DNA of 64,000 nucleotides from the human T2T-CHM13v2.0 reference genome, Homo sapiens, in NCBI RefSeq assembly GCF_009914755.1, contig NC_060927.1, one strand, 5' to 3'. A model generated the notes under the pieces. The model was not told the DNA's origin. It saw only the letters and a list, made by a program, of their open reading frames with translations, and ran no database searches. The translations under genes and the position numbers were made by a program. Of the stretch, positions 23,645 through 37,838 are shown piece by piece. Numbering within the stretch: position 1 is the stretch's first letter; every line of letters begins with the position of its first letter.

Positions 23645-26600
23645 TTCTTGAAAAAAAATTAGTCAAGCTAGGTAAGCTAAAAAGAAGAAAACCTGGTTAC
23701 AGCCCGGTGAATTGATTTTTTTCCAGCCGAGAAATAGATATTTCTCTCACATATATTTGGAAAACTTTAGTCATCTTCATAAAACTTAAAAAGTTACCTA
23801 AGCACACACAGCAAGTTTCTCCTTTCTTCCTTTTCCACACCCTTACCAGTTCACTATGTTTCTACCAATCCAGTGCCCAGTTGCCAATGATGTTGCTCTC
23901 ACATGAATTTACTGCATTCCCTTCTGGTTCCCCAGAAGGTCTTGAAGAAAGAGGTTCAGACTAGTGGACCCAAACAGAATTTCTTGGCTGGTGATACTCA
24001 GATTGTGTTCAGAGCCTGGTATGAAGAAGGGGCCAGGTGTAAGAAGTAGTTAATCAACTGCACGTTGATTTCAGGCTGAATATTCAACCATCTGCAGCCA
24101 CCCGTCTCTAAAAGTCTAGCTGAAGCACAATTGATTGTGCCATAGAATGAGCAAACGCTTGAAAACACAAGTAGGTGAAGGAAGAGAGGCTTCCACGGAG
24201 CAAAGGATATTCTTAAAGATGTGAATGTACAGATCCTTCAAAAGCAAAACAAAACAACCCTGTAACACCCTCCTTACACATGAAAATGTAGAAAATCTTG
24301 CAGAGGGAGGGAATGAGTTTAGAATTTCCTTAGTACTTCCTGCCTCAGATTTGCATTGATATCCAGTTGGTAACTTGCCAGTTGTTTTAAAACAGCCTTG
24401 AAAACTCCAAAGTTCTGTTTTCCTTTGAAAGCCTGAAACATACAAAACTAGTTTTCTAAAATCTTCCAGCGATAGAATTTTTAGGTACAACTCCAAATAT
24501 TTTCTTTCGCTTCGGGGGGTAATATAATAGCATGAAACTATGATAGCATGAAACTATGATAAATCCTGTTTGTCTCACTTTAGACTGTATAGAATTTTTA
24601 ATTGGTTTCAAATAAGAGGAAAATAGAAGGAAGGGGCCATCCTTGTTTCTTAGTTTTGTTTTTTTTTCTTAACTCCCCCAAGCCTTCATTATCAGTGGGA
24701 TTGAACACAATCCCAGTGCATGTTTTGCTATTTTTTTTCCATGATATAGACATTGTTTTTGCAACACTGAGTTTGGTGCCTACTTAAAAGGAGTAGAAAC
24801 GTAAAAAGTTCATGGTATTTTCTTTTCTCCAGAATGGATTCAAACTTAAGGAAAATATCATGTATATTTAACAGCATCTTTCTAAAGCATTTTCCTTTCA
24901 CTTTCTTTCAATTTGGAAAAAAAGTAGCACAAAATTATAGCACAAAATTATTTCCATGAAGTAATAAAATGTATCTGAGGGCTGGGGGTAGGGATAATTT
25001 GCAGGGAGGGACACAATATAGAAGGGAGGATGCAAGTTCATTCTAGGTCTTTCTGGCTTCAGGAATTCTGGAAAGCTTCATTTTTGCACTAGTATGATTT
25101 TACACAACCTTTTTGACATTATCAGTCTTTTGGCAGAGAGAGTTCAGTCACAATTATGCCCATGTCAAATTCTAAAATCAAACCAAAACAACAAAAAAAG
25201 TATTTTCTTTTAAAATAAAACTTTTTTAATGTCAAACATTTTATTCAGAGTAAATGGTTGATGTTTATTCAAAATTGGCTTCAAGTACTACATTGAAATT
25301 GTTTTGTAACAGTCTCATAAGCCACAGCTGTATGTGATTAAATAGTGTAATATCAAAAGCATGTGAGAATAGACGTTTTTATGCTATAGCTATTGCACAG
25401 CAAGAGTGCAGATGGAACTGAAGGGAGACCAAAAGCGAAAATGTATTCATGTGGTGTAATACGTGTGTTGAGGATATGTGTTGCTATTTTTTGCAGTAGT
25501 GGGAAAATGTTGAACTATTTTGGATGTGCTTAGAAAATATCCTCTCGGAAAACGGAAACAGACATATAATACCATTTTTAAAATGTGGAGTGGATCATGC
25601 CATTTAATTAGAAAACACATAGGTGCTGAATAGATCTGAAACCAATTCAAGTGGAAGAATGAAAATTATTCCCATTGAGTACACATTCAAAAAGCAAAAG
25701 TGACTTTCTCATTTCTGTTTTGAAATTATAAATTTTTTTTTACTACTTTAATTTATGGAACTATTGTAAGAAAACCTTCATCCCATTGATACCTAAAGAA
25801 AAGTATTAGGCAGTAAGAATCAGCAACTTACAGATGGCAAAATAGGTGGCAGTATATTGCTTTTTAAAGATATTTGGAAATATGATGCTATTCAGTGTTG
25901 TATAAATATTGCTCTTTTCTTACCAGTGTTAAAAATTACAAAGATACACAAGGACATACAACTTTTGCTTCCATTTCTGTAACAGAGATGTTATCGTAAA
26001 GAGGTGTCTAGTTTTAATGAGGTGATTTAATACAGTGTTTTTGAAATAATATTTGTTAATAAAAATTAATAACCGCTAGCTTCCTAGAGATAATAAATCT
26101 ATAGGATTAATCATACTAATCATCACTACCATTCATATGTGATTGTTTTCAGGGCCTTGAGAAAGCTTATAGAATTGGCTATTTTTAGATTTCAGATTTT
26201 AGACAGAAGTAATTTTAAAAAGAAAAAGAGAGTGGCAGACTGAGATGAGTTAAATTTTGCTTGGTTTTGTTTTTATTTTTTTTTATTTTAAGTTGATATT
26301 GGCAGATAATCTGGTCTTATTAAAAATGTTTTGTTTTATCCATGTAGGTTTATTACTCAGGGAGTATGTATTATGTGGAATCACGAATAAAATTTTAATA
26401 ATTCAAAACCAATTCCTAATAAATATCAAATTTCAAAAGTAAGGATAATAAAAGAAAGATAATAGATCCTATCATTTTGTGGGGGAATTCTCTGATTTGT
26501 ATGTCAATGCATTGGTTTCTAGGTTGGGTTCCTTCACTAGGATCCCTTCCATTGTGAGATAGCTGAGCCTGCTTTAGTATCTTAGTGGTATCTTCAGGTG

Positions 26601-29600
26601 ACCTCGGTTTTGTGTCATTCATGAGTTTTTCTTTTGTTCCCAGATGCTTTCCACAGGGCAGATCAAATGCTGCTTTACTGGCTCTCTGGTGATTTGAAAA
26701 ATTTAACTGTCTTCATCCTTTCACACATCTAAATCCAGTGCACTGAGAGAAACACGTCCATCACTTGGGAGTGGGTGGATAGAAGTTCCCAGGAGTGGAA
26801 CAAAATGACAGCCATTCTTTAATCATGACCTTTTCCAGCTTTATTGTGGTGGTTACAATTTTTCTTCTGAGTGGGTAAAATTAAGGTGTATCCAAAAACT
26901 TAATTGTGATAGTATGATGCTTTACTTTTCCTCATTTAACTTCCTCTCTACAGGTGGTGCAGAGCTAAATGGTTATGCATGTTTGGCTAAACCAGTTGAG
27001 TTAATGAAGGAGACTAGAATTGCCACATTAAAATACTGACAACTTTAGTTTCATGAATGATTATAAGGAGTCAGTGTAACTATAACAATTAATGAAATAT
27101 TATTTCGACTGAATCCAAAACCTACAAATCCGCAAAACCTACAATCTCTGAATCTCAGAATAGTAGCCTAGAAAACGTGGGAACTGAATACTGTGGTTAC
27201 CTCAGCTATACTGTAGTATTGTAGGAGGGAAATAACTCCCCAAGGGCATATAAACAAGAACATTATCTTTTCTACTTTTTCTTTTGAGATTCCCTTCTTG
27301 TTTTTCAAAAAGCCCCTGTTAGCTGAATTAATGAAAGCAAATGACATATGCTATTTTAAATTATTATTTAAGCTTTGAAAAATCATACATTATTTTCATA
27401 TAACTTAGTCCATAAGTTCCTATTATGCTTGCTTCTCTGAGTATATTTGGAGTATAAAACAAGGAAGATAATCCTTTGGGAAAGTTGGTTTCTGTTCATA
27501 TCAGTCTGTGTGTTCATTTATTCATTTGTGAAATGGGTGAAATAACCCTGACCTCAACAATATATTATAGTGGCCTCTGCTATGGAAGGTATGAAGTTAC
27601 TGAACTGTTAAGAGAAGGGTGGTCCATACATAAGTAGCAATGTTATCATTTCTGAAGCCCAACTGCATATTTTTATTTACTTTATTACAGACTCAGCTCT
27701 GAGGTGGGTAGCCTGTCTTTAACACAGAAAAGAGTTTAGGAACTCCTCAAATGTGTAAAGGCCATTTCTATTTGCTGAAGCATAGCTCTTCACCACTTAA
27801 TCATTGAAAATTATGTTGTAGAATATTTAGTGATGGGGGAATGTTTATAATACATCAAATGGTTAAAACAGTTAACTATGTTCCTAATATTATAAAAGCA
27901 TAAAGAATCCAAATATAGACATATAAAAAGGCTTAAAGAAAATATATCAAATTCTCAAGGAAAATAAAAAGTAAATGGAACCCGGAATTTTGTTTCATGA
28001 ATGATAAATACAAAAGTGAGACTCGACTACATGCCTTATTAGTCAAGGGAACCCTAATAGTGCCCTTTCCTGTTGTGTGGAAAGTAAGGTATAATAGGAG
28101 AAAAGTAAATCTAACAATATTTTAAGTTTTAGGAGCTGACATTTAAATTTGTTTTAGACTTAACTTTCCTATCATTATATTGTGAGGTTAAGAAATTGGC
28201 ATATATTACATTCAATATGCTAGATGCAAATGATCTTCTGGTCATCCCACTCTTAGCTGATAATTTTCAAGCTGAATATAGATCATGCATAGAATTTAAT
28301 ATGGATTTTTTTAGAGACAGCTTATTGTTTTTTAATCCTGTGTACTACTACTTAGTCATTTTCCCTGACTGATGACAATTTAATGAAAAGTGAAATAAAA
28401 AACAATACTAACTATCTGGTTTTCTGGAACTGGTTAAAATATATTGAAAGTTTTTCTTATGTATGTGAGTCATATTTGAGGCTATTGTCGATGTCTGTAA
28501 ATTCTCATGTTGCTTCTTTTAACACTTGTCAATCATATAAATGGTATTCTGACACCCAATATATAACTTAAAATTAAATAACTTAGAATTCAAGCAAATA
28601 TATTTTTTAACTAGTTTTGAGTAGGTGAAGTATTTGAAGTATTTAAGAGACTTGGAATGATTTTGGTGACATTATTTGCTAATAATTAATCTCATCTCCA
28701 TCTTTATGTAAAATTTCAGATTGTTTTCTGGGATACTCAACAGATAAATATGTGACAGACCTATGGCCTTTAATTTCTTCTTGAAAGATGAGAAAACAAC
28801 ATTTCATTTTCTTTGACTTGGTGGGAACTACCCTTGGAGGGTGGTGACAGTTCATGGATTAACCCTGGTATCCTGTCCATTACCAATGTACACCAATTCT
28901 GACTGCATCTTTAGAAATAAGAATATTGCATTTTTAGTCTAAGGTAGGTAGGGAATCCTGGAAAGGATAAAATTCTGATGTCCTTTTCTCAATGTATTTC
29001 AAAAAAATTAACCACTGCTTTTAAACTTTATTATTTACCTGTTTAGGACAATTTGGCTTCATGTTAGCAATGGAAGTTTCTCTTTCTGACTCGTGTTTAA
29101 CTTTGTTGTTGAGCTGGAAAAACACAAGAAAAGGCCAGTGGGAATAGATGAAAGAACATGCAGGAATTTCTCTTCAAGTTTTGCTATTTCCTGTAACAAT
29201 AGACGCTTTTTGAGGCCTCCATTCCACATCCAAAGACACATATTAAAGTGCACTAACATTCAACACCAAATTTAATTATTTCACAATAATATGTTGAAAA
29301 AGCTTTTATAATTTTGCTCCTGAAACTCTGTGTCCAAGTAAATTTAACTGATATGTATCTGTGAATTTGGAGACATCTTGCATACATGAATATTCTTGCA
29401 AAGTGAAAAAAACCTAATCTACAAATCTTTTTCAGGTACAAAGAGATTATTAGAAGACTAAGTGGAACAATGAATAAAGTTGACAATGTATTATGTTTTG
29501 TAGATATGCATATAAATGTTAATTGATTTGGGTTTTGCAGTTTTTCTTTTCAGAGTTTGGAGTTAATGCATTTGTTTCCTTGCACCAGTGTTTTTGTAGG

Positions 29601-32600
29601 TCTTTAAGATGGTCAGAGCATCTAAAAAGCTGGCCATATCTTTCACTATTGTGGCCTTTTGGCACTCAAAATATCTCTGTATTTTAGTAATCCCAAATTT
29701 CCGGGGAGGGACATGTGGTAGAACAGCACAGTGTATTGGAAAATGTCATTAACATTCTTTGGCTAAAATATTTCAAAAGCAGACACATTGGATTGACCTT
29801 TGGCACTGAGAGCAACTGGGAGTTCCAGATCTGGGTGCCAGGTTCACAGAATTTTTTATTGCGTAATTGGTGAAATTGTTTACTAGAGACAGAGCTTAAA
29901 TGTAACAGGTGTTTCCCTAGGGCACCCTCTTAGGGGAGTAGGCAAGAGGCAAATCAATGGCACAATACTTATTCTATGGCATAATTTTTCTCAATTCTTC
30001 TGTCTCAAAATAGGGTCATAGGTTTTTTATATGTATTAAAACTGACATTTCTTCCTTTTCCCCAGTTCCCACGGTTATTTACCTAGGATAATAACATCTC
30101 TTGGTGTCTAGAAGTCTCTCTCAGCCCTAGAGAATCTACGTGCCTTTTAAAGAACACATGTCTCTACAGGTATGCACACTGCAGCTAGACCCACTATCAC
30201 TCTCACAAGTGGTTGGGCAACCTGAAGATACTGCTACTCCAGCCATAAGCCAAGTGTGATGGTTTCCTTCATTTTCATTCTTATCCCAGTGTTACAGGAA
30301 AATCAAGATCCCAAGCCTAGACATAGCCATCTTCTCCAATCTTATTCAGGAAATAATTTTTTCTCTCTGTAGCCCCATATATATCCTCAGACCTGAAAAT
30401 TCACACCATCCCCCAATGCTGGAGGGCGAATTCTCTCATAATCACCCTATGTTTTGATTCTCTATCTAATTACTCAATTTTTCTTCCCAGCCCTCTAGAC
30501 AGATCTCACTGAATTTCATCAGCAGATGCAATGAATCAGCTTTGATTGTCTCTCTTACACATAAAACAACAACACACACGCACACATACATTCCTGAAAA
30601 CCTTAACGATTATTTTAATGGTTCAGATTTTCTCTGAGGCTTTACAACCACAGAGAAATATGGAGGTGCAAAGTGGTCCTAAGAAGACACATTCCTGTTC
30701 TTTCCAGTTATAATTTATTTAATTTTATTTTACTTTGCTGCTAGTTGGTAGCACAAAGGGGTGAGTCTTACCAAAATAGAAATAACTACTATTTTTTTAC
30801 TTTCTTTCACAAATATTGTGGTACCTTCTCATGATCTGAGATACATTGACAGTATATTACGCAAGTTAGCTATCTACTCTCTTTTTTATGTCATTCTTGA
30901 TAGCATCTTTTGGAAATCTTATTGATTAATTCTAATTCATCCCAAATAATTTCATAATAGTCGTTTAAACTGTGAAGAGTCTGATGAACCTCAAAGCTTT
31001 TAGTGATGAGGCTGTCAATAGCAGCCTAGTAAAAAAAGAAAAAAAGATGACAGTTCTACAACCTCAACCGGTTATTTATAAGAAACAGGAAGAAAGATAA
31101 AATAAAGAGAAGAAAGAGAAAATGAACTAAAGAGAAAGATTAAGGGTATCAGGGCTCAATGTACTTTTGAACATTTCTGGAATTTGACAACTTGTTTTCC
31201 TTTCCAAAGGCAATAGATAAGAGCTGTTTAGCAAGGAAAAGGTCATTTACAAACAGAAGAAACATGTTTGGGGAAAATACGTCAATGTAAATTCATAATT
31301 TGATGTGGAGGGGTCCTGTAGTTGAGACTTTTGGTCTCTTAGGAAGAAAATTAATGGTTATGTAGACAATTAGTGCTTTATTTTGTTTTTGCACTTGTTG
31401 CAGCATTCAGTAATAGCCAGCATTTGCTTTTGTTGTTTTGACTTACTCATCACTAGTTCTCAAGGGAGAACCTGTATAAAAGCCTTCTTGATGCTTTTGA
31501 TTGGAAAGAGGGATGTTTTTCAGAAAGAGTCATTGGAATCAAGTTTTAAAGTGTATTTTTGATTTTCTGTATCTAACATATTCATATACGATCTGTATGT
31601 GCTCACAAATATAACCAGGAGCAATGTTGTTGTTGTTCTGTGTGGAAAGAATCTCATTCTGAGAAGGAAAAAGCAACATTAGTTGTGAACCCAGCAAAGC
31701 CGTATTGCCATGAGAACCACACAGTACCAACTGCTTATTAAACAAGAGTGAAGTTTGAGGCCACTAATGTGCCTGAGGACCCAAGGAGCAGGTCAGTTGA
31801 GGGTATGGGTGCAGTCATGCTTACTTACTCTGGGCTAACATAAGCCTTTGTTAGAGGGGAGGAGCCTGGTAAAAAGAGTGTCTAGATTTCAACATGGCCC
31901 ATAAAAGGCTAGCTGTTATTGTTATTATTCGTGGTCCATCTTTTCTGCCAAATTCATTGTATGCATTTCTCCATCCTTGTTTTATTTAGGATGGCTGTCT
32001 GATGCAACCTTGCTTTAACATTGTGTCTTCTCCATCTCCCTGTCTTTCCCAGATTGTCCTTCCTAGGGCTAATATTTTTTTTTTCTTTGTTGTAGCTTCT
32101 ACTCCTGTAGCCCTTTCTTGCTCGCCCTTTCTTCTTCTATTCTCAAGTTTTCTGCTATGGATTTGCCTTCTTTGTCTCTCTGCCCTCTGATCCTTAAATT
32201 CTGCTTCCTTCTTTTTGTTCTCTCAGCTTTCAGTCTTTTCTTTTTTTTTTTAATTATTGCTTTTTATATGTTTCTCTCTTTTTTTTTACAAGGTACAGTG
32301 GGATTGGGTTTTAATTTATCTTTTTTTGCTTAGTTGTAAATTTATTTTTGGCTTTTCAAACATAACTGTACTCTTCCAGATCATATTTGTGTCAGAGTTA
32401 GTCTGTAAACAGTCTGAGAACTGGGACCACAGTTTTGATCTCTGAATGCCCTGCAATGTATAGTATGGTGTATGATGCAGATTAAGGTCATAAGAAAAGG
32501 TTTTCAGAAGGTATTAGTCTATCTTGTTTTGTGTGTCTTGTACATTGGTCCATTGCTGAAGGCAGTGCTTTTTTGAACCAGAGTTGCTTAATGTCATCTT

Positions 32601-33635
32601 CACCTCTGTGATGCTTTATGTCAAAAGACATCTTTTTTACATGTCCACATGGATACAATCTCTTGGGGTCCTATCTTTTTCACATTAAGCACATGGGTCA
32701 CTTGGCTAGTACCCTGAGGCTGTTGGCTTGAGTTGGGTTACATTCCTAACTAATGGGAAAAACCATAAAACACAAGATGAGTTAAGTCAGAAACTAATAG
32801 AAAAAAAGAAAAAAAAAACATAGTACTGCATTATAAGTTGCTGGCAAGAAAGTCAATACACGTGCCAACTCAGTGAGGGGCAGAAGTGGATTTCAAAGAC
32901 AAACTAAGTAGCTAGGATTTGGAACTGGGGGATGAAAGTAAGCAAATATGTCAGGATTAAATGGTAGTGGTGGTGGTCTGGAGAAGACTGGAGAGGCAAT
33001 TCCTCAGCAATTGCCAAGAATATCAGCCCTTATATGTGGCTTCCTTTTATGGGTTGGCAGAAAGTTGGACATATCAGGAAACTAACTTAGCTTGAAGAAC
33101 TAGGAGATGGTCTGAGTTTTCGGTCCATCTTTTTGTCAATTTTGTTTATTCAAAATCCAGGGTCTTGACTACAATAGTTCTTATAATAATATTGAACTGT
33201 TAACCAATTTTGGACTATAGTCCAGGAGTAACCAGCCATGCCATATACCTATCCAAAGCAATACCCAGATGGGTTTTTTAACTCAGAATTTTGAAAAGAC
33301 TTCAAGTATCAGGTAAAAATGACAAAATACCCATTTTAGAAAGAAAACAAAACACAATTTCCCTGTACAATTACCTACGTGGGTATAAAGACATATCTAA
33401 ACTAATGCAAGATAACGTTAGATGAAATTCTGATGTAAACTTCAAAGCTTTTCTCACTAAGGAATATCTGAAAACAATAACCCTGTTGTGGCTAAGAGTA
33501 CAAACTGTGATTTTGGTTTGGACCTCTCTTGGTTTTTCCAAGTTGTGCTGAATCTCCTATGTTTGTTCTGCAGTGTTCTCCTCTGTCATACTTTTTTTTA
33601 TTGCATTGAGGTCCTTATTCCCAATTGCAGAAAAT

Positions 33636-33732
33636 TATATATATATATATATATACATATATATATACACACACATATATATATACATATATATATATAC
33701 ACACATATATATATATACACATATATATATGT
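33636..33732. repeat. (TA)n/(CA)n compound microsatellite
   Basis: Seen directly. Confidence 0.95.
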
Positions 33733-33739
33733 TTCATGA

Positions 33740-34170
33740 AATTTTAGGGAATTTTTTAATTTCAAAGTAATGCATATTTTGCATATCTAGGGAAATAATT
33801 CAAGATACAGCGGGAAAATGTTAATAATCTCCCTCAATACACTACACAGGTCTTCAAGAGCTCTCTGAAATAACTAATATTAATAGTAAGGTGTGTGTCT
33901 TTTACAGAATTCTATATGCTCTTGCAAATAGCAATCTGACATATGTTATATGAGATCAAATTGAACAGGTTAACTACTTTTTCAATGACAAATGTAATTT
34001 AGATATTCTTACCAAGTTTTTAGATATTTCTGGTTTTTTATTGTCAGATTAATTGTTCCTACTTTATTTGTACCACGTTTTATGCAAGTGTTGCCCATAG
34101 GTGGACATGCATTTTATTGCCATCATTTTGCCAATATGAATAATTCTAAAATATATATTCAGGGTACTTA
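33740..34170 (-). mobile_element. Ancient L1ME-type fragment
   Basis: Degenerate antisense L1M 3' motifs (taactaatattaatagt; ataggtggacat). Confidence 0.4.
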
Positions 34171-37100
34171 TATAAATACTAAAAATTAAATCTTTCATCT
34201 TCTAATTAAGTTTGCTTCCTTTAAAACACTGAAAATTGCCATGATGAGTTTCGTATTACACAAGGATTAACATCTCTCTTTGGCCCAAAAATTCTGTGCC
34301 CTGCAAGGTTGTCCTGCCCCTCTGTGTTTTGACGACAGGATTGTACTCTTCCTTTGGTAAGAAGATGGACTTCCTGATGGAAGTACAAGCTGAAAGGGAA
34401 CCCTCACATTTGGCAGAAACAGGAATATCTTCCTTCCTTTGTGACACTATCACAGATCCCAACAAGCGCTTGGGGTCAGCAATTCTAGGATCTCATTACT
34501 TGGGGGCTGCTCTTTTGTGAAAGGTCAGCTTCCTTTGTCTGCCACCTTATATACAAAGTAAAAAGGGCAGCAGCAGTCAAGGACAATGTTAAGCAGCCCA
34601 ACTCTTCCTAATAAATTTCAAAGCCCACTGAAATATTTTTGTGCTAGAACACATATTTTTTTCCAAAGGCTTTGGAAATCAGAATTTTTATTTTTACATT
34701 ATTATCTTGGGAATGTGTACAACTGTATTTCTTAACAACCCTCATCTGTTGAACTTGTTTGGCGCTGCTTAATCAGTGTCAAGTAATGTCATGGTTTATC
34801 AATTGAGCTGGAAAAAGTGACTCTGTAAATCTAATGGACCTAGGTTAAATCTATTGTTATTTCCTTTTTCTAGCCTGTACTTGATATGTTTCTCACTTTG
34901 AATTCAAATGTTAAGATCAGAGCATGACAATAAAAAGAATAATACAAAAGTTAACCTATTTAATATGTGATGCTGGGATGACACAGAACTATTTGCTACC
35001 TAAAATATGTCTAGAAGATGGGAGATCATAAAGTCTCAACAGTTTCTTCTCCTAGAAGAAAAGTTAGACCAAGAATGTGTATTTCTGATAGTAGTTAATC
35101 CTCTTTACATAGTCATATTTCACAGAACTTAATCACATCTTTCCAAGTTTGATGGCCAAATCTCACATGCTTTGGAAACTCAGGGAGTTTTTCCTTCCCA
35201 AGGACCTGAAAAGATGACCTTTTTTTTTTTTAAACACTTTAGTCAAATTAGCATTTTTTTTTAACTGCTGGAAGACTCACCATTTTTTAACCCACACTTA
35301 AAAATCATTAATATATATTATACTTAATATACATTTAGTGAGAGTAGAAACATTTTAACAAAGTCTGGAAAAGGAATTTAGTAATCAGAAACGAAAACAG
35401 TGTGGTTAGGTGAAAGGACTCTGAGTGTGCTAGTAGAGTAATAGTTGTGGGAGGTCCAATTTTTGATTCTACAACTTGCTTTAATACGATTTCCCCAGAG
35501 TTTCTTTACTTTTTAATATTTCAGCTTCTTGTCACTTCTTCCCATTACAAGAATATTTAGTTATTTGGTAAAAATGTCTTGAGGATCAATATTAGACTAA
35601 TAGTAATGTGTTTCAGTGTTCGGTGAAGAATGCCAATATATTAACATATTATGAAGGTGATAAAATATAAATAAGAACCATTAACTCAAAGAGATTGTTA
35701 TTAGTGATAATGGTAAGGAGAGGGCAATTGAAAAGCTTGGAATTGACTTGACACGTGAATATAATGGAGCACAAATCCTTAAGATGGCTCCGATCAATGC
35801 TATTCATTGAAACATTTCTTTGCACTTCCATTATGCTTCTCCACATCCATCTCTGCAATCAGCTGGATTGAAATCATATAGAGATTTGCTCTCAGTATTT
35901 CTTATACTTCTTACATGAATTTTCTTTATTGTTATTTTGTTTTGGAAAGGAGTGCAAGTCTGTCTCAGCACTCTATTCAAAACTCACCATATAGTCTGAG
36001 ATGAATATATTGGAAAGTTGTCTGGTTCTTACATTGCTATATTTCACAATACTTGTACTTTCCTCATTTAAGGTTCCAGGATACCTTTTGTCCCCTAGAG
36101 TAAATAAATTAGAGGGGAGAAAAGGTGTCATTTTCTTGCAGCCAGCTTACAGAGTGCCAGCCCTTGCCTCCCTAGAGTGAAATCTCATGTTTAAAAATGC
36201 TGTGAGTGAGGCCAGCACTGGCTTTGGGTGTGGTATTGGGTTTTAACTAGATAATTCTTCAGACTATTCACTGGGAAATGAAGGAATGGAGTTTTGTTTT
36301 AGTTTTTTTCAGCTTAGCATTGAGCTTTCAAATATCTTCAAACTTGCTCACATTTAGCATTGCTAAACTTTAATTTTACCCTTTTGTTAATCTTCCTCCA
36401 ATTACCATGATTGCCTTTACCAAGCTCTTCATGCTCAAAACCCAAGGGCAATCTCAAAGGTCTTCAAGCTATGTGATCCCCACCCCCTGCATGTGGTAGG
36501 TGTTTAATAAGTGTCAATTGACTGAATGATTGGTCTACATGAAAGTGGCTGTTCCACATCCTGTACTCGAATAATACTCACTGAGCAATATATTTTGGGC
36601 ACTTAACCATTTTTGCCTTCCTTTTGGTATATCCTATTAGCTCTCAGAATGGAGAATCCTCCACTTCATCTTTCTTCTGCCCTCAGATCTTACAACAGTG
36701 CTAGTCAGTATCTATTGAATAAAGAGTGTATGGTTTAATTCCCTACCCTAGATGTCCTTTAATTGATTTTATAATCTTCAGGAAACTTAATAAAACCTCT
36801 TTGATACTTACCTTTGCTTCCCTTATAGTTTGCTTTCTTCCTTTTTAATAATTCAAAATAATGTTTCACTTTCAATTATAAAGATACTAAAGCTAAGACA
36901 AAAATATTAAGGTAAAATTCTCCTCAAGGTGTTTGGCATTTTTTTTTTCCGGGAAATATTTGGTTTCTTTTTGCTTACTCACATGTTTACTCTCAATATA
37001 AGACGTTTATCTCAATACATCTACCTTCTCCCACCCTTTTATGTACGTTTGGTCTCATGACGTTTTGTGAAAAAGGGAAATAAGATTTTTCAGTGTTTGT

Positions 37101-37838
37101 GCAATGTTCAATTTTAAGATCTTCTAGTCCAGTACTGTATCTACTCATTATGTATCCTATAGTTACTAATATTTGAGTTTGGTACTTGGAATATTAGAAT
37201 GTGAAATAAAATGCTGTATCAATCAATACATGTTTCTGGAGCTCTCCCTATTGCCACCACTGCTTGGGGGTGGTTTGGACAAGACAGGAGTTATAACACG
37301 ATTCTTGCCCCTCAGAAGTTGATAATTTATTTGAGAAAACAGGGAGGACTCATGAACAAAGGAGGGTAATCAAATGCTAAGTCATGCGACATTGACTTAA
37401 ATTGAGGAGAAAGGGCAAGGACTGTTGGAGCAAGTAGACCCTTAAAGGGAGAAGACAGTCTTGGGCCAGGTTTGAGGTGGGCATATAGTTGGGCATTTGG
37501 TATATTGCTTAAGTAACAGCAGGAAGGGAAAGTATTCTTGCTAGAATAAAAGTAGAAACATAATACAGGCACGAGATTGGAATTGAGAAGGGACAATATA
37601 ATGACAAAACAGACTTAGATGAAACAATGCATCAGAGAGGCACAAGGTTAGAAAGAGCACAGCAATGACAGAAAGGCTTTAAGAGGGCAGATGAGAAAAA
37701 GTTAATAGTGGTTTAATTTTGGGGTAGGGAGTGGTTTTGTAAGTTTCATTTTTAAGGCATAACCATGAATGAAAACAATGATAGATTTTTAATTCTTTAT
37801 TGTTTTAATAAAATGCCTACATTTTGACTAAAATAATA

